Source: Macrostomum lignano
Lineage: Eukaryota
Direction: 5' to 3'
Assembly: GCA_002269645.1 (NCBI GenBank)
Contig: NIVC01003228.1
Coordinates: 45,797-109,796, forward strand
Length of the DNA: 64,000 nt
Shown here: positions 11,372 to 22,322 of the stretch, one piece after another
Layout of the letters: the number at the start of each line of letters is the position of its first letter
How positions within the stretch are numbered: the first letter of the stretch is position 1
Notes under the pieces: generated by a model
Told to the model about the DNA's origin: nothing
What the model saw: the letters and a program-made list of their open reading frames with translations, nothing else
The model's database searches: none
Program-made: the position numbers and the translations under genes

Positions 11372-14300
11372 TTACTGCAGTTTCAGGGTCACCCGGTGTA
11401 GCTCGGGCAGCAGGCGGACTCCGGGCACGGAGAAGATGGACGCCGCTGATGAGGTCGAAAATGAGAGACAGAAACTTTGTTTCTCTTGTGAGATAAAATT
11501 GAGATCTGATAAAGTTTTTTGCTACGGATTTTTTGCACGCACCGGCAAAAGCGTGTCTGTGTACTTTAGTCACAGTAGTGCAGAGGTACAAGCGTGTCTG
11601 TGTACTTTAGTCACAGTAGTGCAGAGGTACAAGCGTGTCTGTGTACTTTAGTCACAGTAGTGCAGAGGTACAAGCGTGTCTGTGTACTTTAGTCACAGTA
11701 GTGCAGAGGTACAAGCGTGTCTGTGTACTTTAGTCACAGTAGTGCAGAGGCACAAGCGTGTCTGTGTACTTTTGTCACAATAGTGCAGAGGCACAAGCGC
11801 AAGCTTTAGCTGGTACAAGAGCACGGGAAAAACTGCTAAGCTCTGGCAAAAGCGCGAAATTTTGCATGTTTATTTCTCCTCAGACTCGTCATCATGCCGT
11901 GCTCAGTCAGTCTCAGCCCGCCTGTAACTATGTAACACCTCTAACTATGCACTTCTGTCATTGTGCACCTCTGTCACTGCGCACCTCCGTCACTATGCAT
12001 GTCATTGTGCACCTCTGTCACTGCGCACCTCCGTCACTATGCATGTCATTGTGCACCTCTGTCACGGTGGGAAACGGTGCACCTCTGTCACTATGCACCT
12101 CAGCCGCTACTTAAAAATGTACTGCAAAACAATGAGCTCCCGTCTCGGCAATGCCCTTTTCAGAAAATTCTAGCTTTCAATTAAACTTTCTTTAACTTTG
12201 AAGTGCTTATTGACTACCAGCGGTCCTTGTCGCGGTGAAATCAAGAGAGCAGTGCCCAGTGCTCACCGGGGTCCAGGCACACCAGCTCTGCCGGCAGGCT
12301 GTGAAAGAAGGCGTGTCGAAGCGCGGCCGCCGCCGTCAGCCGCCTCTGCGGCCGCAGCTGCAGGCAGGCCAGTGCCAGGGCCTCGGCATGCGCCACGGAT
12401 TGAAGCCGCGGTGCCGACTGCCGCAGGCGGTGGGCCACCCGGGCGTCCGGGGCGGACTGCTCCGGCCGGCCCGTCACCTGAGTATCAGGGGTCAAGTCCG
12501 GTTAAGACAAGTCCAAGGACTTTCTCTCTTAGGTCCAAGTTCTAATCAACGAGACTAAAGTCAGGCCGGGTCAGGCCGGGTCAGGCCGGGTCAGGCCGGG
12601 TCAGGCCGGGTCAGGCCGGGTCAGGCCGGGTCAGGCCGGGTCAGGCCGGGTCAGGCCGGGTCAGGCCGGGTCAGGCCGGGTCAGGCCGGGTCAGGCCGGG
12701 TCAGGCCGGGTCAGGCCGGGTCAGGCCGGGTCAGGCCGGGTCAGGCCGGGTCAGGCCGGGTCAGGCCGGGTCAGGCCGGGTCAGGCCGGGTCAGGCCGGG
12801 TCAGGCCGGGTCAGGCCGGGTCAGGCCGGGTCAGGCCGGGTCAGGCCGGGTCAGGCCGGGTCAGGCCGGGTCAGGCCGGGTCAGGCCGGGTCAGGCCGGG
12901 TCAGGCCGGGTCAGGCCGGGTCAGGCCGGGTCAGGCCGGGTCAGGCCGGGTCAGGCCGGGTCAGGCCGGGTCAGGCCGGGTCAGGCCGGGTCAGGCCGGG
13001 TCAGGCCGGGTCAGGCCGGGTCAGGCCGGGTCAGGCCGGGTCAGGCCGGGTCAGGCCGGGTCAGGCCGGGTCAGGCCGGGTCAGGCCGGGTCAGGCCGGG
13101 TCAGGCCGGGTCAGGCCGGGTCAGGCCGGGTCAGGCCGGGTCAGGCCGGGTCAGGCCGGGTCAGGCCGGGTCAGGCCGGGTCAGGCCGGGTCAGGCCGGG
13201 TCAGGCCGGGTCAGGCCGGGTCAGGCCGGGTCAGGCCGGGTCAGGCCGGGTCAGGCCGGGTCAGGCCGGGTCAGGCCGGGTCAGGCCGGGTCAGGCCGGG
13301 TCAGGCCGGGTCAGGCCGGGTCAGGCCGGGTCAGGCCGGGTCAGGCCGGGTCAGGCCGGGTCAGGCCGGGTCAGGCCGGGTCAGGCCGGGTCAGTCCGGG
13401 TCAGGCCGGGTCAGGCCGGGTCAGGCCGGGTCAGGCCGGGTCAGGCCGGGTCAGGCCGGGTCAGGCCGGGTCAGGCCGGGTCAGGCCGGGTCAGGCCGGG
13501 TCAGGCCATACAATCAGCCTCCGTCATCGCAGCGCCTCACCCTGAAGATCTCCTCCAGCTGGTCCTCGGCGCTGTGCGCCCCCGGGAACAGAGCGGCCCC
13601 GGACAGCATCTCGGCGTGGATGCAGCCGACGGCCCACATGTCCAGCGAGGCGGAGTATCGAGTGCCACCCAGCAGCACCTCGGGCGGACGATACCACAGC
13701 GTGACGATCTCGGAGCTGTAGCTGCGGCTCGGCACCGTCTGAGCCCTGGCCAGGCCGAAGTCGGCCAGCTTGAGCTCCCCGATAGCCGAGATGAGGAGAT
13801 TTTGCGGCTTCAAATCCCGGTGCAGTATGCGCCTGCGGTGGCAGAACTCGAGGCCTCGGAGCAGTTGGAATAAAAATAGCTAAGCAGGGAGGTCATCAGA
13901 TTTTGGAGATTGATTTGGATTTAGATGTGTCAATAGATGCAGCAGGTCCCTGGGTGTGTATATAGATGCAGCAGGTCCCTGGGTGTGTCTATAGATGCAG
14001 CAGGTCCCTGGGTGTGTCTATAGATGCAGCAGGTCCCTGGGTGTGTCTATAGATGCAGCAGGTCCCTGGGTGTGTCTATAGATGCAGTAGGTCCCTAATA
14101 CGAGTAGCTGTGTCGCTAGCTTGGATTATACAGACACTAGATCAGTCCTATGTCTATTTTTGTCTATTACAAAATGATAGTACAGTTAGGCCGTACCTTT
14201 GCGTTGTGGGCCCTGAGCCCTCCGGAGTGCTTCTCCAGGTATTTGCTGAGGTCCTGCGGCTGCATTCGTACAGTCGGGGTTGTGTTGTGTTGCTGCTTGC

Positions 14301-15165
14301 ATTAATTTGAGATTGTCAACAGGGCAATAAAGTTATTAAACCCACTCACCACGTATTCGAACACGAAGGTCAAATTCATCTCCGTGTGTATGATGTCGTG
14401 CAGTGTGACTATGTTTGCGTGCTTTAAGCCTTTCAGCAGGGAGGCTGGAATAAAAAAACCCCATAGTTCCTGAGACACTACTTGAGGCAGGCTCTAGCAA
14501 GTAGCAAATGCGGCGCGTTTTGCCTGTTTTTTCTCACCTTCCCTGATGGCAGTGAACGGAGCGCCCTCCTCGCGTTGCAGTCGAATGTCTTTCAGAGCCA
14601 CGATCGAGTTGTTCACTCTTGAATGCAAATGGGAGTGCAGATCACAATTATCGCTAACACATTACTAAGCTCCCGAGTTCGAGTCGGCGGCGCGGCCACT
14701 CTTGGATGGAGAATCATACAAGAGAGGTCAAGGGGTCATCTGCCCCATCCCGTGGAAATAAGGGGAGGGGTCACGTTTGCTGGAAAATTCACGCCTGCGG
14801 CGCTAAAAAAGCTAAAATATTATGGTCAGTGGGGCTCTTGCCGCCCCAGTCACCAGCCAAGGCAAAGCTTTCAGCGGGCACCCACCGAGACACGCCTTTA
14901 AAGACGGTGGCGTAGCTGCCCTCGCCGAGCACCTCCAGCCGCTGGTACGAGTCCGACCTGCCGAATCCGCAGCACTCGCCGCCTCCGCAGTCAAGGGCGG
15001 ACCTGGGTCGGCGGACGGCCGCAGTCTTCTGCTTCTGCGCGGCGGCATTGCTGCCTGAGGCAGCCTCGGGTGATGCCGGCTGAATGGTGACGGCTGACGC
15101 GGCTGCGGCTGCCACGCTGCCGGCTGAGCGGTGCCGGCGGAGCGGCTGGCCGAGGCGGGCGAAGG
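11372..15165 (-). CDS. CDK14: PFTAIRE-family cyclin-dependent kinase (CDK14/15, Eip63E-like), kinase-domain exons
   Basis: Exons 15165-14886, 14617-14538, 14444-14350, 14259-14197, 13879-13541, 12477-12267, 11445-11372 (TAA), all GT-AG and phase-compatible. Motifs: [55 protein letters not shown]-terminal [14 protein letters not shown]. Confidence 0.93.
11551..11799. repeat. 41-bp tandem repeat, about 6 copies (CDK14 last intron)
   Basis: Unit GCGTGTCTGTGTACTTTAGTCACAGTAGTGCAGAGGTACAA. Confidence 0.95.
12561..13507. repeat. (TCAGGCCGGG)n 10-bp satellite, about 95 copies, intronic
   Basis: Almost perfectly homogeneous, with one variant unit near 13395. Confidence 0.98.
13935..14095. repeat. 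29-bp tandem repeat, about 5.5 copies
   Basis: Unit ATAGATGCAGCAGGTCCCTGGGTGTGTCT. Confidence 0.9.
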
Positions 15166-15339
15166 CTGCGGTGAATTGAAGAGTTGTACACTGGGATTCC
15201 CGGAATTTTCAGAGTGGATGCTACGGATTCCTAGGGATTCCCGGAATTTTCAGAGTGGATGCTACGGATTCCTAGGGATTCCATGAATTACGGATTCTTA
15301 GCCTTCTAGGGAATTCTCGGGCGATTTTTGAGCGGGGGT

Positions 15340-15880
15340 TCCCTTGATGATTCTTGACTGGGAATTTAATTCCCTTGATGATTCTTGACTGGGAATTTAA
15401 TTCCCTTGATGATTCTTGACTGGGAATTCCCTTGAAGATTCTTGACTGGGGATTCCCTTGAAGATTCTTGACTGGGGATTTCCTGGATGATTATTGACTG
15501 GGGATTCCCTTGTTGATTCTTGACTGGGGATTCCCTTGATGATTATTGACTGGGGATTCCCTTGTTGATTCTTGACTGGAGATTCCCCTGATGATTCTTG
15601 ACTGGGGATTCCCTTGATGATTATTGACTGGGAATTCCCCTGATAATTATTGACTGGGGATTCCCCTGAAGATTCTTGACTAGGGATTCCCTTGATGATT
15701 CTTGACTGGGGATTTCCTTGATGATTCTTGACTGGGAATTCCCTTGATGATTATTGACTGGGAATTCCCCTGATAATTATTGACTGAGGATTCCCCTGAC
15801 GATTCTTGACTGGGGATTCACCCCATGCTTCTTGACTGGGAATTCCCTTGATGATTCTTGACTGGGGATTTCCTGGATGA
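15340..15880. repeat. About 26-bp minisatellite (TTCCCTTGATGATTCTTGACTGGGGA)
   Basis: About 20 degenerate units. A 46-bp duplication at 15192-15283 precedes it. Confidence 0.9.
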
Positions 15881-16356
15881 CTGCGGATTCCCATAGGAAT
15901 TATTGATTGGGGATTCCCCTGTTGACTGGGTGGATTGATGGAAGTTCCTTGAGTGTATATCCTGGGAGTTATTCGTGTTGCTGAGTATTCAATGGCTGAT
16001 TGTTCTTGTGATTCACTAGGTTAAGCTAGGTATTCCCTATTTGCCCCTGAAAATTGCCGCCATCGATTTTTGGAATCCCCTGGGTTATACAGTTCCAGAG
16101 CTTCCGTATCGATCATTTTAAAATTGCGTGAGCGAGAACAGCTGACATCTCTCGTACCGCAGCATATTGGGATTATTATAAGCTTTGGGATGCAGGCCTC
16201 GAGTGCACTGCAATCAATCAGGTGGCAGCAGCCGACGAAACAAGAAGGGACAGCAGGAAGCTCAGAAAGTTCCACTTCAATTCGGCAGCAGAAATTCGAG
16301 ACTCAGATAGATTTGGATCATTTCCCGCCTGGCCAAGCTGAGGTCAGACTGCCCTC

Positions 16357-16604
<248 letters not shown>

Positions 16605-16638
16605 AACTCGCCGTGACCTAAAAAGCCACTTACTGATC

Positions 16639-17538
16639 ACTTACGTGACCTAAAAAGGATTGGCCACGTCCTACGGATGGAAGACGACAGACAAATAAGG
16701 TCACTTACGTGACCTAAAAAGGATTGGCCACGTCCTACGGATGGAAGACGACAGACAAATAAAGCAAGCCGTATTAGGGTGGTACAGAGGCCTGGAAAGG
16801 ATCCCTAAGCGCAAAAAACGGAAAAACAACACCATATCCTACTGGAAGCGCCTCATCCGGGAAGCCGGTATGGAACCGCAAGACATCGAACGCCACGTTC
16901 TAGACAGGAAACACTGGCGGAACGTAGTACACCAGCGGACTGTACACCTACAAGAGTGGGAGAGAGTGCAAGGAAAAAAGGCCAAGACGGACAGTAACAA
17001 CAGCCTGATCGAACGAAGTCAAGAACGGTACCACGTAAAAACGAACCCGAGAGAGGTTGGAGATGGCTTCAAATGCGAATACGAACTCTGCGGCAAAGTG
17101 TGTAAAAGCAAGGGCGGACTAACCATCCACCAAAAGAGGATGCATCGCGTGTTTAAAGAGCCGGTGAAATTCAGATGCCACAAATGCGACAAGGAGTTCC
17201 GACAGGAAGCGACCCTGGCAAACCATGAGAAGGTGTGCCAAGGCGAGACGGAAATAGATGCGTCAAGAGTAAAATGTCAGCAATGTGGAAGCACAATCGT
17301 AAAATCGAACCTAGCGAGGCACAGAAAGACATGTAAAGAACAACACCACAATCCACCGGAGATGGAGGAGAACAAGAGAAGAGCAAGAAAATACCGAAGG
17401 AAGACAGCAGAATGCGACAAGTGCGGAAGAACGTTATCGGCGACAAACATGGCGCGACACAAACGCACTTGCGGTGAAGCCTGACGCTGTTCACTCCACG
17501 CCGCAAGGCGATAAACGGAGAAGAAGAAGAAGAAGAAG
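16639..17538 (+). mobile_element. 5'-truncated RTE-clade non-LTR retrotransposon with (AAG)n tail, antisense within a CDK14 intron
   Basis: IGHVLRM...W..L...DRKHWR matches the RTE ORF C-terminus and is followed by zinc fingers. Stop at 17484, short 3' UTR, (AAG)n tail. Long TSD at 16468-16638 and 17539-17703. Confidence 0.85.
16741..17484 (+). pseudogene. C-terminal fragment of an RTE ORF with four zinc-finger-like motifs; no RT domain
   Basis: CEYELCGKVCKSKGGLTIHQKRMH, CHKCDKEFRQEATLANHEKVC, CQQCGSTIVKSNLARHRKTC, CDKCGRTLSATNMARHKRTC. Confidence 0.8.
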
Positions 17539-17551
17539 ATGATGATGATGG

Positions 17552-17669
<118 letters not shown>

Positions 17670-17698
17670 AACTCGCCGTGACCTAAAAAGCCACTTAC

Positions 17699-17837
17699 TG
17701 ATCCGCAGTCGTAGCAGCTGCTGCTGCCTCTCTGCAGCTCGTCCCACGTCGCCGCCTCCGCCTCTCCCCATAACCCGATGGCAGGAGCTGCGATCCGCTG
17801 AACGACTTCGATTCGTGCCGATGCCGGCGGCCAGAGT
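17699..17837 (-). CDS. CDK14: Candidate CDK14 N-terminal exon (TLAAGIG...LLRLRI)
   Basis: TTTCTCCAG acceptor and A|GTAAGT donor. Phase 0 to 1, compatible with exon 15165. Confidence 0.65.
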
Positions 17838-18805
17838 CTGGAGAAAGTGCAAGCGGTCGGACTAAACAAAGTTCCCACCGTCGCCATCCAATTTGATTTG
17901 GATCAAATTGAAGCTTCCCAGCGCTTAAAGTGGATTTATTTTACAAAAAACTCCCAGACCCCCTGACGAGCGCCGCCACCACCAACAACTGCGGGCCACC
18001 GGAGCCTCTCGAGGCCACCCCCAGGGGAGCCGCCCGAATGCAAATGCATCTGGCGGGCCGAAAATCGCCCCAGGAGCGGGCACAGCGGGCGGCGGGGGAA
18101 GGGGAGAGACGGCCAGTTGCGAATGCCCGCCACCTTTTTCATATCGGACATGGCAACTGTTGCCATGGGGGGGGGGGGTCGCGGGCGGATAGACGATGAA
18201 AGTCCGAAGCGGCTGGAAGTCCCGCCATCGACAGCCTCCTCTGAGGCGGCTCCCCCTCGCCCCCCCCCCCGCCTTCGGTCGCGCACTTCAGCGCGGATAA
18301 ACGTCGCCCGCCCTTGAAGCAAAGAAAAATTCTACGCGAGACGACAAGGGCGGCCCGGCTTAATTACGGACGCGTCGGGGGGGGGGGGCTTTTACTCTTC
18401 CCTGGACAGACGGGATCAGGATCTGCATAATGTCCCGATCCCACTGGACCGCCGGCCCCCTGGCCTCGGGCGAAAGTCCAGCACCCCCCGGAGCCTGGCG
18501 TAGATTTCTTGCATGGGATTTTTCTAAATCTGGAATGGGATTCTGTTGTGGCAAGGAGATAACGCTGTCTCTTACGAATCGAGCGGCTTTCATTTCTTTT
18601 TTGTTAATCCTTCGGTGATAAAAATGACATTTGGGATTTTCGAATGAGATTTTTAGCGTCATCAGCCATTTTTTTCTTCTTAGGTCTTGTTAGTATCTTA
18701 TGCCTGAATGTATTTTGTTGTGACTTGCTTGCAGACTGGCGTTCTGTGCCTGCTTTGCTTGGTTACTTGGTTTCCTTACTCTGGATGCTGTCCCTTGGGG
18801 TGGGG

Positions 18806-19557
18806 CGGATGTCAGATATGGTGAGTATCAGGTATGGTGAGTGTCAGATATGGTGGTTGTCAGATATGGTGGGGTGTCAGATATGGTTGGCGTCAGATAT
18901 GGTGGGTGTCAGACATAGTGGGTGTCATGGTGTCAGTCAGATATGGTGGGTGTCAGATATGGTGAGTGTCAGATATGATGAGTGTCAGATATGGTGAGTG
19001 TCAGGTGTGGTGGGCGTCAGATATGATGGGGTGTCAGATATGGTGGGTGTCAGATATGGTGAGTGTCAGGTATGGTGGGCGTCAGAAATGGTGGATGTCA
19101 GATACCGTGGTATGGTGGGTGGCAGATATGTTGGGTGTCAGATATGTTGGGTGGCAGATATGGTGGGGGTCGCTTTCTGATATGGTGGGTTTCAGGGCAA
19201 GGAGGATTGTCAGGGCAGGGACAGGGTGTCAGGGCAGGGACAGGGTGTCAGGGCAGGGACAGGGTGTCAGGGCAGGGACAAGGTGTCAGGGCAGGGACAG
19301 GGTGTCAGGGCAGGGACAAGGTGTCAGGGCAGGGACAGGGTGTCAGGGCAGGGACAGGGTGTCAGGGTAGGGACAGGGTGTCAGGGCAGGGACAGGGTGT
19401 CAGGGTAGGGACAGGGTGTCAGGGCAGGGACAGGGTGTCAGGGCAGGGACAGGGTGTCAGGGCAGGGACAGGGTGTCAGGGCAGGGACAGGGTGTCAGGG
19501 CAGGGACAGGGTGTCAGGGTAGGGACAGGGTGTCAGGGCAGGGACAGGGTGTCAGGG
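18806..19557. repeat. Degenerate GTCAGATATGGTGG repeat followed by a 19-bp repeat (CAGGGCAGGGACAGGGTGT, 19209-19557)
   Basis: Seen directly. Confidence 0.9.
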
Positions 19558-20229
19558 TTTATCGCAATGAATTTTCGGCAACAATGCGCCGACATGTATA
19601 GAAAGAAGCCACTTTAAAGCCTGAACGGCGCAAGAAGAGCTAAAAAGATGCACACAGCTTCAATGCGAAGTTTTTCCAATTAAAAAATAGAATTCTAAAC
19701 TTTGGAGTGATTTGAACTGGCGGTCATGCGCGGTTTGGCAACTGCGCAGCTGCTTGACTGCGCAGTCCGCGCGCATGCCAAGACTCTGAGAGCTCTGAGG
19801 ACTTCAAGGGCCCCGCCATGCATCCAGCCGGAATCCCCGGTCTGCCCGATGCAGTTTGGGATTTTTTTCTCTCTCTCCGACTACGAGCTATTTCATCAAA
19901 GCTGTCTGCCATCCCTGGTTTCTGGGGGCCGATCAAAGCTGGGGAGAAAATCCCCATATTTTGGGGATTTCTGTCGGCCTGCGCAAAGGGGCGCCGCGGC
20001 CATTCATCATCGAGTCCCTCTCTTCCTCGCGGACTGTTTTGTCTCGGTGGCGCTTTTTTGTCTGTCTGTTTGTCACTTCTAGGAGACAGAGGGCGCGGGG
20101 ACAGACAGATCTCTACTTTTCCTGGGGCGGCAGAGTTTAGTTGAATGCCAGCTACTCGCCTCTGGCAGCGAATTTAGTGGGGAGTCTGGGACTGGGGAGC
20201 TCGCATCGCTTGAAGCATGGAAAATGGCT

Positions 20230-20930
20230 TTCTCTGATCTCCCTCTCCGCTCCTCTCCCTCCTCTCATTATCTCTCTCCCCTCCCCATCTCTCCTCTCCC
20301 CATCTCTACTCTCCCTATCTTTCCTCTCCCCATCTCTCCTCTCCCCATCTCTCTTTTTTCTAAGTGTCTGTCTTAGGTCTGATCTCTCCTCTCCCTATCT
20401 TTCCTCTCCTATCTCTCCCCTCCCCATCTCTCCTCTCCCCATCTCTCCTCTCCCCATCTCTCCTCTCCCCATCTCTCCTCTCCCCATCTCTCCTCTCCCC
20501 ATCTCTACTCTCCTATCTATCCTCTCCCCATCTCTCCTCTCCCCATCTCTCCTCTCCCTATCTTTCCTCTCCTATCTCTCCCCTCCCCATCTCTCCTCTC
20601 CCCATCTCTCCTCTCCCCATCTCTCCCCTCCCCATCTCTCCTCTCCCCATCTCTACTCTCCTATCTATCCTCTCCCCATCTCTCCCCTCCCCATCTCTCC
20701 TCTCCCCATCTCTCCTCTCCCCATCTCTCCTCTCTCTATCTATCCTCTCCCCATCTCTCCCCTCCCCATCTCTCCTCTCCCCATCTCTCCCCTCCCCATC
20801 TCTCCTCTCCCCATCTCTCCTCTACCCATCTCTCCTCTCTCTATCTCTACTATCCGTGACTCTCATCTCCCTACCTTTATTTTCCTTGTCTCTCACCTCT
20901 CTTCCCTAATCTATCCTTATTTGCAGTTCA
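20230..20930. repeat. CT-rich 15-bp repeat (CTCCCCATCTCTCCT)
   Basis: Seen directly. Confidence 0.9.
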
Positions 20931-22109
20931 TCTCTCCACCGCATTTCTTTCCTCACCTCAGCAGTCCAATTACAGAATCAGCATTTCCAGACCGCACCGC
21001 CAGCAACTGCTTTCTACTGTGAGCCAAGCATTCCAGAAAATCAAGTCCAGCATTATTCTATCATTATTATTTCTATAATTGTGGAGCCCATGGAGACTGG
21101 GAGTGTCGGGAGAGGGGCTGCTTTGGAATCCGACACCCACCGATGTGCTACAAGCCACCGCAGTGCAGTAAACTACTGCTGCTGAAAATGTTCCAATTTT
21201 GAACCCTCCTTCATCCCCGGAGGGTAAGGACACCCAAGAAGTACTAGATATTTGGATTGGAAATCCATTTGCACGGCGAAATTCGTTCAAAAGTACAGGT
21301 GGTAAGAGTAGCTAACTCTGGAAAGTTGTGAAAATTTATTTTAAGGTAGATTCATGGGCAAGACTAAAATTTTCCGTTTTTACACAGCTAAGTTGACATT
21401 TTGCAATTTGAAATTCTTCAAAGAGGTTTCACAACCATTTAAATGTGGTGCAGAAATTTACGTAGTACTTTCTAGATGACGAAGAATTTACCTATCTTAA
21501 AACAGTTATAGTTGCTCACGCCGCTTACCCAGACAGTTCATCATCTGCCCTCTTGTGTGCTGTGGCACTGGTGTCCGATTATTACATTGTTTGAATGCTG
21601 GGACTTCAGAACATGAGTAATGGCCAATTAAGTGCTAAAAAACTGAAATTTCCCTACTTTCCTTATGGATTCAAATATAAATGAAGCATCAATCTCGTTG
21701 AAAAATGACAGTTTTAGGCTCAACTCTTTCAAACCTCCGGCCCATAAAGCCTCTCCCCTCTCCTCTCTCACCTCCGCATCCTTCACTCATCTATTCTATC
21801 TCCTTTCCCCTCTCTTCACAGCCAACAGTTAGGTTCTTAATCTACCGACCCCTGTGTTAAGGGGTTCTGTTACCAGTCCAGATCTCCAATCCCAGGGGCC
21901 CGCGGTCTGACCTGCCGTGCTTCTTGAAAACAGCAGGCTTTGATCCAATCTCGTCCCCGCCCCTCCCTCTCCCCTCACACTATTAATTTTGGCGTGTGCG
22001 TAAAGAGAAAGGCTGGTGGGGGCGGGCGGAAACGGGCAGTATCCGGTGCTGATGGGGTTCCGTGGGGAGGCGGGCTTATAATAAGCACTTTGCTGGCGGC
22101 CAGGCTTAC

Positions 22110-22207
22110 GGATTTGCGCCGCCGCTCGAAATCGTCTGGAGGGGCCGCCGCCGCCGCCTCCGCTGATGAAAAGTGCGCGCTGGGTCTGGCAGCCGCGGAC
22201 GGAGCAG
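22110..22207 (-). CDS. CDK14: Candidate CDK14 N-terminal exon (APSAAARP...ERRRKS)
   Basis: CTCTCTATTTCAG acceptor and GTAAGC donor. Phase 1 to 0, linking exons 24618 and 17837. Confidence 0.6.
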
Positions 22208-22322
22208 CTGAAATAGAGAGATGATGGGGCCTGATGGAGTCTGGAGTGCCAGCTGCATGCGGAACCCGCTTTTTGCTATGGAGAAATCAATTTCTGTAGA
22301 AGCAAATCTGCTCCTGCGTCCG

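Noticed and set aside
11446-11490. Hammerhead-like CTGATGA-GGTC-GAAA
   Set aside because: No convincing stems I and III, and it overlaps the antisense of a splice acceptor. An Infernal or RNAMotif search would settle it.
20950-21290. Short ORFs on both strands inside the CDK14 intron
   Set aside because: No homology recognised and no consistent splice-phase fit.
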